Shown here: piece after piece, positions 8,556 through 15,635 of the stretch
Position numbering within the stretch: position 1 is the stretch's first letter
Layout of the letters: each line of letters begins with the position of its first letter
Assembly: GCF_000757865.1 (NCBI RefSeq)
Contig: NZ_CP007754.1
Coordinates: 1,620,001 to 1,652,000 of the forward strand
From: Prochlorococcus sp. MIT 0801
GTDB taxonomy: Bacteria; Cyanobacteriota; Cyanobacteriia; PCC-6307; Cyanobiaceae
Length of the DNA stretch: 32,000 bases
Direction of reading: 5' to 3'
Notes under the pieces: model-generated
The model's input: the letters and a program-made list of their open reading frames with translations, nothing else
The model's database searches: none
What the model was told of the DNA's origin: nothing
Made by a program: the position numbers and the translations under genes

Positions 8556-8735
8556 ATGATCTCCTCAGAAACAAGAACAAGAATAAAAAATATACTAAAT
8601 CGAATAGAAAGCAATCAATTAGTTACGCTAGAAGAAAGAATTCTCCTTAATAAATTATCCAATATTTCTCCCTTGATATCAGGATGTGTTGTATCTGCAT
8701 TAGGAGCAGAAGCTAGATCTATAGACAATGAATAG
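8556..8735 (+). CDS. Hypothetical 59-aa protein (below the ORF-track length cutoff)
   Basis: My translation is MISSETRTRIKNILNRIESNQLVTLEERILLNKLSNISPLISGCVVSALGAEARSIDNE*. It is an ATG-to-TAG frame with non-repetitive, helix-like composition, downstream of the NtcA box. No family was recognised. Confidence 0.4.
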   Translation: MISSETRTRIKNILNRIESNQLVTLEERILLNKLSNISPLISGCVVSALGAEARSIDNE

Positions 8736-8846
8736 TTATTACAGTCATGGGAGCACAAGTTCCAGTGAGATAGTTCAAAACAAATCAAGACTATCCTTAA
8801 TCAAAAAATATTCAATCAAAACAATAACTTAGAATAATTCCATAAC

Positions 8847-8860
8847 GTATTCAAAAATAC
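8847..8860 (+). promoter_or_regulatory. Perfect NtcA core box GTA-N8-TAC upstream of the beta-barrel gene
   Basis: cGTAttcaaaaaTACa lies about 90 nt upstream of the ATG at 8950. A second imperfect GTT-N8-TAC is at 8879-8892, followed by an A/T-rich -10-like region (gataaatataaa, 8912-8923). The -10 spacing for the first box is not ideal: TATGTT lies only 15 nt away. Confidence 0.4.
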
Positions 8861-8949
8861 AAAATAATTCCTAACTATGTTACAAGCAATACGCCCAATT
8901 TAGTTACTTAAGATAAATATAAAGTGTTTTTAATTTGTGTGAGGACACA

Positions 8950-9960
8950 ATGAAACTTTTTCAGCGTTTGCTGGTAGCTCCTGCTGCATTGGGCCTTATG
9001 GCTCCAATAGCGGCTAATGCAGATACTGCATTTTCATCAACTACAACTCTTTCTGGTGGTGCTTATTTCACTGTTGGTTCTGTTGCCGACGGCGGAACAA
9101 CTGACAAGGAAGAAGAGCTTTATATGCAATACGCATATGGCCTGGACGTAACTTCCAGTTTCACTGGCGAAGACATGCTTTATATGGGCATGGAAACCGG
9201 AAATGCTAGTGGACCTTTGGCAAGCATGGACAGCGCAACTAGTGGCACCGGTGCTATTACATTGCACTCTCTCTACTATGCATTCCCAGTTGGCGATCTT
9301 TCAGTAACTGCTGGTCCTTTGGTTGACCAAGATGATGTTGTTGCGGCAACAACTTCTGCTTACTCAGATGCTTTCAGACTAGGCAGCATGCCTTATTCTC
9401 TAGCTGGTAGCGAAACTGGTCCTGGACTTGGTGTTGCTTACTCTAATGACAACGGTGTTGTTGCTTCTGTAAGTTTCGTTTCTGTTGGTGGTAACGATTC
9501 AACTGTTGGAATCGGTGCTGACAATGGTGATGATGTTTCAACATTCACTCTTGGCTATAACGGCGACGGATTTGGCGGTGGTCTAGTGATCGCTTCTAAC
9601 GACGGCGAAGCTGGAACTACTGGATATGACACATTTGGTGGTGGTATCTACTACACCCCTGAGTCAATCCCAGCAACTATCAGCATTGCTTACGACACAA
9701 AAGATCCAGAAGGAACAGCTAAAGACGAAACCGATCTATTCATCGGTATCGACTATGAAGTTGGTCCTGGAACACTAAGTGCTGCTTACAATGAAACTGA
9801 TGTTGACGGTGGTAGCGATAAGGATGTAACAGGCTTTGAAGTCTCTTACACTTATGCAGTGAACGACAGCGTCACAATCACTCCTGGTTTCTTCACTGTA
9901 GAAGACAATACTGGTGATGATGACTCTGGTGTTGTTGTTGAAACTGTATTTAGCTTCTAA
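8950..9960 (+). CDS. Secreted, highly acidic beta-barrel outer-membrane protein (porin-like, no SLH domain)
   Basis: The first ATG at 8950 is preceded by gagga. The signal peptide MKLFQRLLVAPAALGLMAPIAANA|DT has an AxA cleavage site. Many amphipathic alternating strands are present (VSYTYAV, FIGIDYEV, ISIAYDT, FTLGYNG, LGVAYSN). The C-terminus ends in Phe (VETVFSF). My count for the mature part is roughly 33 Asp and 15 Glu against 4 Lys and 1 Arg. An intrinsic terminator follows. Confidence 0.75.
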   Translation: MKLFQRLLVAPAALGLMAPIAANADTAFSSTTTLSGGAYFTVGSVADGGTTDKEEELYMQYAYGLDVTSSFTGEDMLYMGMETGNASGPLASMDSATSGTGAITLHSLYYAFPVGDLSVTAGPLVDQDDVVAATTSAYSDAFRLGSMPYSLAGSETGPGLGVAYSNDNGVVASVSFVSVGGNDSTVGIGADNGDDVSTFTLGYNGDGFGGGLVIASNDGEAGTTGYDTFGGGIYYTPESIPATISIAYDTKDPEGTAKDETDLFIGIDYEVGPGTLSAAYNETDVDGGSDKDVTGFEVSYTYAVNDSVTITPGFFTVEDNTGDDDSGVVVETVFSF

Positions 9961-9983
9961 ACTTTTAAAGCTAAATCCTAATA

Positions 9984-10015
9984 AAAAGCCTCCTAATAAA
10001 ATAGGAGGTTTTTTA
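9984..10015. terminator. Bidirectional rho-independent terminator
   Basis: aaaaa-GCCTCCT-aataaaat-AGGAGGT-ttttt. It has a 6-bp GC-rich stem plus a G-U pair, an A-run 5' and a T-run 3', directly after the beta-barrel gene. Confidence 0.8.
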
Positions 10016-10078
10016 ATGGATAAATATAAAAGCTAATTTCAATATTAAAGTTAAAAAGAAAAACTAATTTTATTAAAT

Positions 10079-10207
10079 TTATTTATTATTTTCTTTTAAA
10101 AAATTGTTTGATTTAATTAAACCTTCATAAGGATCGAGTTTCTTTAATCTAATCATATCTTCATAAGGATCAGGAGTAGTTTGATGATTTTTTTTAGTTT
10201 TTCTCAT
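10079..10207 (-). CDS. Doubtful 42-aa ORF with internal DPYE repeat
   Basis: My translation is MRKTKKNHQTTPDPYEDMIRLKKLDPYEGLIKSNNFLKENNK*. The DNA carries a 13-bp direct repeat, cttcataaggatc, at 10123-10135 and 10159-10171 with a 36-nt (12-codon) period. The ORF is short and in very AT-rich DNA, so it could be non-coding. Confidence 0.2.
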   Translation of the reverse strand: MRKTKKNHQTTPDPYEDMIRLKKLDPYEGLIKSNNFLKENNK

Positions 10208-10250
10208 TTGTATTTTTTCGTAGATACATAAGTCAATCCTATTATTTTAT

Positions 10251-10427
10251 TTATGCCACGATATCAGAACTTAAACACCTATCACGACTACCTTTGAACC
10301 ATCTCATTTGATGAGTCATACGATGTCCATTGGGATACAAGTAATTAAGGTTTTCAATTGAAATAACCTTTTGTTGTCTATCAACTATTTCTTCTGAATT
10401 ATCAGTATTATTCTGATTTGATTCCAT
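10251..10427 (-). CDS. Doubtful 58-aa hypothetical protein
   Basis: The internal ATG of track ORF 10251..10520 gives MESNQNNTDNSEEIVDRQQKVISIENLNYLYPNGHRMTHQMRWFKGSRDRCLSSDIVA. The upstream part of the track ORF starts at a non-ATG codon and is low complexity. No family was recognised. Confidence 0.25.
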   Translation of the reverse strand: MESNQNNTDNSEEIVDRQQKVISIENLNYLYPNGHRMTHQMRWFKGSRDRCLSSDIVA

Positions 10428-10589
10428 AATGAATAAGCTATATATACTATTTAAAACATCTAATTTATGGATTGATGTCCATGTTGAACAAAGTGATGAT
10501 TCCAAAACGAAATAGTCCAAAAAGAATATTTACTATCTTGAATTATTTTAAAAATCAGTTTTTATTTGAAGTTTATTTTTTAATACATT

Positions 10590-10618
10590 AAAAAAGCAGC
10601 TCAATGAGCTGCTTTTTT
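10590..10618. terminator. Bidirectional rho-independent terminator
   Basis: aaaaa-AGCAGCTC-aat-GAGCTGCT-ttttt. It has a perfect 8-bp stem, lies 30 nt downstream of the stop of the 90-aa minus-strand gene, and is flanked by A- and T-runs. Confidence 0.8.
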
Positions 10619-10647
10619 AAATAAAGTCAATTTTAATTGTTTGGAGC

Positions 10648-10920
10648 TTAAAAATATTTAAAAGGAAAAAATATCTTATCAGGTCCTGCAAGCATTACTG
10701 AAGCAGCAATAAGAGCAGTAACTAGCTGAACACCAATAAATTGTTTTTGAAGGTACTTATAAGATCCTGTTTCAGAAAGCTCAACTGATGGTTCATTCTC
10801 AGGCAATCCATAATAATAAATTTGAGAGATCTGAAAAAAGATCACTAAACCAGCAATTGCAGCTAAAGGATTAAATCCACCAAATGTGATTGTAGAGAAA
10901 GGGATTGTTGAGTAAAGCAT
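10648..10920 (-). CDS. Hypothetical small membrane protein (two predicted TM segments)
   Basis: A 90-aa ATG ORF with two hydrophobic stretches (FNPLAAIAGLVIFFQISQI and FIGVQLVTALIAASVMLAG). It has its own terminator. No family was recognised. Confidence 0.55.
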   Translation of the reverse strand: MLYSTIPFSTITFGGFNPLAAIAGLVIFFQISQIYYYGLPENEPSVELSETGSYKYLQKQFIGVQLVTALIAASVMLAGPDKIFFPFKYF

Positions 10921-11082
10921 TAAAAAAGCATCGCTCTTAACTTCTAATCATTACAGCATCAATATGAGGAAATGGTTTAATCTCTAATAGACTGAAATCT
11001 AAAATTAATTAAAATTCTCAACAACCATTAATCAAGAGGGGGGGCAGAATTTAGATGGTGCCTAAAAACTTTCCAAAAATAA

Positions 11083-11331
11083 TTAATTATTTTTGGGTCT
11101 AGCTTTTGTAACCCTAATAGCTCTGCCCATCCATTCCACATCTTGAAGATCATCGATTGCTTTTTGTTCTTGAGCATCGTCGCCCATATCAACAAAAGCG
11201 AAACCTCTTTTTCTCCCAGTCTCCCTTTCTAATGGCAGCTTACAATTAGTGACTTCACCATAGCTGCTAAACACACCAACAATATCTTCAACTTCTGCAT
11301 CAAACGAGAGATTCCCTATGTAAATAGTCAT
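11083..11331 (-). CDS. RRM-type RNA-binding protein (cyanobacterial Rbp family, short type without Gly-rich tail)
   Basis: RNP2 is IYIGNL and RNP1 is RGFAFVDM. At 82 aa it matches the single-RRM cyanobacterial Rbp proteins. Confidence 0.92.
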   Translation of the reverse strand: MTIYIGNLSFDAEVEDIVGVFSSYGEVTNCKLPLERETGRKRGFAFVDMGDDAQEQKAIDDLQDVEWMGRAIRVTKARPKNN

Positions 11332-11526
11332 TGGATAACGGACCTATGAAGTAATAGTGAATGGTCCGAAAAGGGAAAAACCTCAATGATTTGGCTAATA
11401 AGCAAAACTTGAAGAAAGCTATTTGGAAAATTCAAAAAATATACTAGATCTTTTTACCCCCAAAAAGGCTAAAACAAAAATATGCTTTATCGTCCTGTAA
11501 AATATACATACCATTTTTTTATTTTT

Positions 11527-11703
11527 TTGACTCAAGTTACTGTTGGAGAAAACGAAGGCATTGAATCAGCACTTCGCCGTTTTAAACGTCAAGTTTCCAA
11601 AGCCGGCATCTTTGGAGAGTTAAAGCGCCTGCGTCATCATGAAACACCTGTCGAAAAATATAAACGTAAACTGCAACAAAGGCGCAGAAGCAGAAGAAGA
11701 TAA
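11527..11703 (+). CDS. rpsU: 30S ribosomal protein S21
   Basis: (M)[57 protein letters not shown] is a canonical S21. The likely start is the in-frame TTG at 11527. The 15-codon upstream extension in the track ([15 protein letters not shown]) does not look like S21. Confidence 0.9.
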   Translation: MTQVTVGENEGIESALRRFKRQVSKAGIFGELKRLRHHETPVEKYKRKLQQRRRSRRR

Positions 11704-11755
11704 AAATAGAATGAGTTCAAAACTCAAATTTCAAGAATCTTATTAACCTGATCAA

Positions 11756-11980
11756 ATGGAAAGAGAAAACTGTTGGGTTTGGTTTAAAGGTTCACTCAAA
11801 GAAGGGGGGTGCTGGAAGGGTGGTTTTACTTGCAAAAAAGATGAGAATCCAGGTGTTCTTATTCAAAACCCAGCATACGTAAAGTGTCGTGTTCCTGAGT
11901 GGCGCATAATGACTACAGAACCAATTGATAAATACAAAGGACCAACAATACCCCAAAACTCAGTTTGGAAAATCTTATAA
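11756..11980 (+). CDS. Hypothetical 74-aa Cys/Trp-rich protein
   Basis: The ATG ORF lies 52 nt after rpsU. It contains 4 Cys and 5 Trp (CWVWF...GGCWKGGFTCKK...YVKCRVPEW). No family was recognised. Confidence 0.4.
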   Translation: MERENCWVWFKGSLKEGGCWKGGFTCKKDENPGVLIQNPAYVKCRVPEWRIMTTEPIDKYKGPTIPQNSVWKIL

Positions 11981-12028
11981 ATTTAATAAGTTTATCGAGT
12001 AATTCTTTTTAAATTGACTAATTTATTT

Positions 12029-12541
12029 TTAATTTGCATTAACGATAGGAGCTAAATACTTAACAACAGCTGGAGTGATTAATAAAACCGCTATTAATCT
12101 AAATGCATGAATTGCTGCTACTGCAGCTCCTACTCCAAGTTCTGCACCAACTAGGCTCATGCCAAGAGTTCCTCCAGGAGCAGATCCTAGCAAGGCTATT
12201 AAAGGATCAAGTCCAAATATGCGAACTACTAAAAATCCGACAGCTAGACCAGTTAAAATCAAAGTGATAGTAATCAATATAGCTGGCTTCCAAAGAGCTT
12301 GTAACTCTGTAAGAGTATCTCTATTGATACCAGTACCAATAACAGTCCCTACACCAATACCAAGTAAAGTTTTTGTACCCATAGGCCATTGTGCAGGTTC
12401 TAATTGACCACTTATGCTTAAGCATCCTGCTGCCAAAATCGAGCCCAGGAGAGGCGCTGCAGGAATGCCGCTTAACAGCATCAAACCTCCGAAAGCAGTT
12501 CCACTTAAAATGTATATGATCAAAGTCATCGGAGGATTCAT
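12029..12541 (-). CDS. AbrB-family (PF05145-type, putative ammonia monooxygenase-like) half-size membrane protein
   Basis: 170 aa, Gly/Ala/Leu-rich and polytopic, with LLGSAPGG...MSLVGAELG...VAAIHAFRL, resembling AbrB-duplication membrane proteins. The assignment is from memory. Confidence 0.65.
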   Translation of the reverse strand: MNPPMTLIIYILSGTAFGGLMLLSGIPAAPLLGSILAAGCLSISGQLEPAQWPMGTKTLLGIGVGTVIGTGINRDTLTELQALWKPAILITITLILTGLAVGFLVVRIFGLDPLIALLGSAPGGTLGMSLVGAELGVGAAVAAIHAFRLIAVLLITPAVVKYLAPIVNAN

Positions 12542-12832
12542 GATCCAAGCATTAAATCTATATTGTCAGTCTGATCTATTTTTTGTTTTTTTAAACGAAT
12601 TGGTCAATCTCAATTTAAAAAGCCTCTCGAAAAACTTTGACTTTTAATTGAATTATTAGATTCCTCCTTTCAAAAAACATGAAAAAGGCCTCTGCAACTA
12701 AGTTTTGAAAAGATTTGGAATAGAATTGATTTTTTTTCCTTTTAACTATTAGTCTAATTTTCAATCAAAAAGGTCAACATATTGTTAGTGTTTATCTCTA
12801 AATGATTATTTTTGTTGTCAATAGATGTCCTG

Positions 12833-14446
12833 ATGAAAGCAAATTTGACTTCTGAACTAAAACTGAATGGATCTAAATCAGAGGTTAAGATCTTGTACAT
12901 CAGACTGCCTTGTAACCCTATTTTTCCAATTGGACCAATTTATTTAGCTGATCATGTTCATAAATGTTTTCCAAAGATTCAACAATTAATTCTAGATTTA
13001 GCTTCATTACCCATTTTAGATGTAGAAAGAATACTAATAAATAGTATTAAAAATTTCCAACCTACGCTGTTAGTTTTTTCCTGGAGAGATATACAAATTT
13101 ATGCCCCTGTAGATGGAAGAGGAGGGAATCCCCTACAAAATTCTTTTGAAGTTTTTTATGCACGCAATCCCCTCAAAAAAATTCGAGGTGCTTTAGGTGG
13201 TTTTCAACTATTAAAAAGTCATTATGGAGAAATATGGAGAAACCAAAGATTAGTAAAAAAGGGGTTAAAATATGCAAAGAAATACAATCCAAATGCTAAT
13301 GTCATTATTGGTGGTGGTGCAGTTAGTGTTTTTTATAATCAATTAAAAAAGTCACTCCCTAAAGGTACTATTATATCACTAGGGGAAGGAGAATTATTAA
13401 TAGAAAAATTAATCAGAAATGACTCAATTATTGATGAAAGATGTTTTGTAGTTGGTGAGTCTCCTAGAGAAAAACTAATTCATGAGAAACCAAATATTTT
13501 AATCAAAACCGCATGTAATTATGCCTATATTCAATCTATCTGGCCTGAATTTAAATGGTATTTAGATGGAGGAGATTTTTATATTGGAGTTCAAACTAAA
13601 AGAGGTTGCCCTCACAACTGTTGTTATTGTATTTACACTGTTATTGAAGGTAAAAAAGTAAGAATAAATCCAGTCAGTGAGGTAATTAAAGAAATCAAAC
13701 AACTATACAACCTTGGAGTTCGTGGCTTTTGGTTTACAGATGCTCAATTCATACCATCAAGAGGACACATTCAAAATGCTAAAGACATTCTTCAAGCTAT
13801 CTATGATGAGGGATTACATGATATTCATTGGGCCGCTTACATAAGAGCTGACAATTTAGATGAAGAATTAGCTGAATTAATGGTTAGAACAGGTATGAGT
13901 TATTTCGAAATTGGCATTACTTCTGGATCCCAAGAACTTGTCAGAAAAATGAGAATGGGGTACAACTTAAAAACAGTACTGAAAAATTGCGAACTTCTAG
14001 CAAAAGCAGGTTTTAAAGCTCAGGTCTCGGTTAATTATTCATTCAATGTTATAGACGAACGTCCAGAAACAATAAGACAAACAGTTGCTTACCATAGAGA
14101 ATTAGAGAAAATTTTTGGGGCTGATATTGTTGAGCCTTCTATATTTTTTATTGGACTTCAACCTCATACGTTACTAGAAGAGTATGGCCTGAAAAAAGGT
14201 TTATTAAAACCTGGGTATAACCCTATGAGTTTAATGCCTTGGACTGCGAGGAAACTCCTTTGGAATCCAGAGCCTATGGGCAAGGAATTTGGAAGGATTT
14301 GCTTGGAGGCTTTTGATACAAATCCAAGTGATTTTGGTAGAACAGTTATGAATTTATTAGAGAGAGATTATGGAATATCATCTTTAAACGATGCATTAAC
14401 TGTGGAGGTTAAAAATCGTCCCGTTCTTGCGAAAAGCCTTCGTTGA
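12833..14446 (+). CDS. Radical SAM enzyme with N-terminal B12-binding-like domain (function unknown)
   Basis: The CxxxCxxC cluster motif is present (GCPHNCCYCIY). The N-terminal Rossmann-like segment (ILYIRLPCNPIFPIGPIYLADH) is typical of class-B radical SAM proteins. The first ATG is 12833; the track start at 12812 is TTG. Confidence 0.85.
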   Translation: MKANLTSELKLNGSKSEVKILYIRLPCNPIFPIGPIYLADHVHKCFPKIQQLILDLASLPILDVERILINSIKNFQPTLLVFSWRDIQIYAPVDGRGGNPLQNSFEVFYARNPLKKIRGALGGFQLLKSHYGEIWRNQRLVKKGLKYAKKYNPNANVIIGGGAVSVFYNQLKKSLPKGTIISLGEGELLIEKLIRNDSIIDERCFVVGESPREKLIHEKPNILIKTACNYAYIQSIWPEFKWYLDGGDFYIGVQTKRGCPHNCCYCIYTVIEGKKVRINPVSEVIKEIKQLYNLGVRGFWFTDAQFIPSRGHIQNAKDILQAIYDEGLHDIHWAAYIRADNLDEELAELMVRTGMSYFEIGITSGSQELVRKMRMGYNLKTVLKNCELLAKAGFKAQVSVNYSFNVIDERPETIRQTVAYHRELEKIFGADIVEPSIFFIGLQPHTLLEEYGLKKGLLKPGYNPMSLMPWTARKLLWNPEPMGKEFGRICLEAFDTNPSDFGRTVMNLLERDYGISSLNDALTVEVKNRPVLAKSLR

Positions 14447-15219
14447 AACAACAAAATAGTTAATAAAATTGTTATTCCAATAACGCTCCCAATTGGATTC
14501 ACCATATTCCTGCTTGGTCCCAATAAAAAATATGGAGTCTCAATGGAAAAAACAACCATTCCTGAATCAAATAGATACCAAAGACCAACCAATCCACCAT
14601 GCAAACCTATACACCCCCATAACAATCCTCTATCCATCGTTCGTCTTAAAGTTAAAACTATTCCAAAAAGAAATAAGCCACTCAAGAAAGGAATTAAGGC
14701 TAGTAAACCAATATCAGATCTGTAATGGGCAAGACTAAAAATTGCAGATTGCAAAATAACTCCTTTTCTCCAACCAAACAAAAGGGTCATTTCCTCCATT
14801 AACCAACCTCGAAAAACTATCTCTTCAGCAAAAACAATGCCAACTATCAATAATATTGCGTTTAAAAATTCAGTAAATTTTATATAGTCAAATCTATCAA
14901 TCCAGCCGCATATAAAACAAAATACAACTAAAATAAATATTAGAAATACTGAAAATATAAATCCACTAAAAAATTTTTTTAATGCTGTAAATTTATTATT
15001 AGTATCCAAACCAATTGATAGCCATAAATTATTAGTTTTCCATCTAATACGTCCCCAACTTGGTAGAACAGCTAGAAACAATATGAATGATATTACGGTA
15101 CCTATAATACTTAAATTGTTGGAACTAATATCTCGATCAAAAAGATAAAAAAAACGACTACAAATCCATCCGGCTGGATATAAAAATAAAAACAGAGTAA
15201 ACGTTGGTATCCATTGCAT
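14368..15219 (-). CDS. CPBP (CAAX/Abi) family intramembrane metalloprotease
   Basis: A polytopic membrane protein with the CPBP motifs EEIVFRGW and FSLAHY. The first ATG is 15219; the track start at 15231 is TTG. Its 3' end overlaps the convergent radical SAM gene by 79 nt. Confidence 0.85.
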   Translation of the reverse strand: MQWIPTFTLFLFLYPAGWICSRFFYLFDRDISSNNLSIIGTVISFILFLAVLPSWGRIRWKTNNLWLSIGLDTNNKFTALKKFFSGFIFSVFLIFILVVFCFICGWIDRFDYIKFTEFLNAILLIVGIVFAEEIVFRGWLMEEMTLLFGWRKGVILQSAIFSLAHYRSDIGLLALIPFLSGLFLFGIVLTLRRTMDRGLLWGCIGLHGGLVGLWYLFDSGMVVFSIETPYFLLGPSRNMVNPIGSVIGITILLTILLFQRRLFARTGRFLTSTVNASFKDDIP

Positions 15220-15263
15220 CTCTTGATGCAACCATCTATTCCAAAAGCTTTTAATTGATAATT

Positions 15264-15635
15264 TCAGCTTTCTAATTCTATTGTACTTGTCAAGCCTTTT
15301 GCCTTTAAAGATTCAGAGTAAAATTCAGCAGGTTCTAAGTCACAAGTAATAACAAGTCCAACACCATTATTATGCGTTTCCAACATAATATTCAAAGCAT
15401 CCTGTTCACTTAATTGTGGAACTACCTGTCTTAATGTCTCAACTACATAATCCATAGTATTAACTGGATCATTATGAAGTAAAACCTTATATTTAGGAGA
15501 TATTTTTCTAACTCGCTGAACTTCCCGATCGATAACAGCAGTATCTCCATCGGTTTGATTTGCAGAATCAACCATAATTAAACTGCCAAGATGAATAGCA
15601 CTTTTCAACAAGGAACTTACCATGAGATTACTCAT
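15264..15635 (-). CDS. clpS: ATP-dependent Clp protease adaptor ClpS
   Basis: The [23 protein letters not shown] core is diagnostic of ClpS. Its ATG overlaps the dapL stop (ATGA). Confidence 0.9.
   Translation of the reverse strand: MSNLMVSSLLKSAIHLGSLIMVDSANQTDGDTAVIDREVQRVRKISPKYKVLLHNDPVNTMDYVVETLRQVVPQLSEQDALNIMLETHNNGVGLVITCDLEPAEFYSESLKAKGLTSTIELES

Noticed and set aside
8760-8846. Pho-box-like repeats (CTTAATCA and AATCAAAA x2) upstream of the beta-barrel gene
   Set aside because: Only one unit fits PyTTAAPyPy(T/A). The following 11-bp-phased units are degenerate, which is insufficient in such AT-rich DNA.
9037-9267. 76-aa minus-strand ORF inside the beta-barrel gene
   Set aside because: It is antisense to a gene with strong signal-peptide and beta-barrel features. 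It is a shadow ORF.
8149-11082. Idea that the poorly conserved 8.1-11.1 kb stretch is a mobile genomic island
   Set aside because: There is no integrase, transposase, flanking tRNA, direct flanking repeats or phage-like genes. The content looks like lineage-specific small genes in a chromosomal spacer.
12159-12647. ORFs 12159..12407(+), 12321..12548(-), 12414..12647(+)
   Set aside because: They overlap the AbrB-family membrane gene, in other frames or on the other strand, and show no motifs.
14493-14738. Plus-strand ORFs 14493..14738 and 14543..14725
   Set aside because: They are antisense to the CPBP protease gene. They are shadow ORFs.
12833-15219. Radical SAM + CPBP protease as a RiPP or bacteriocin maturation/immunity pair
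   Set aside because: The genes are convergent, not an operon. I found no precursor-peptide-like small ORF in the 290-nt upstream region or nearby. Both look like conserved single housekeeping-type genes.
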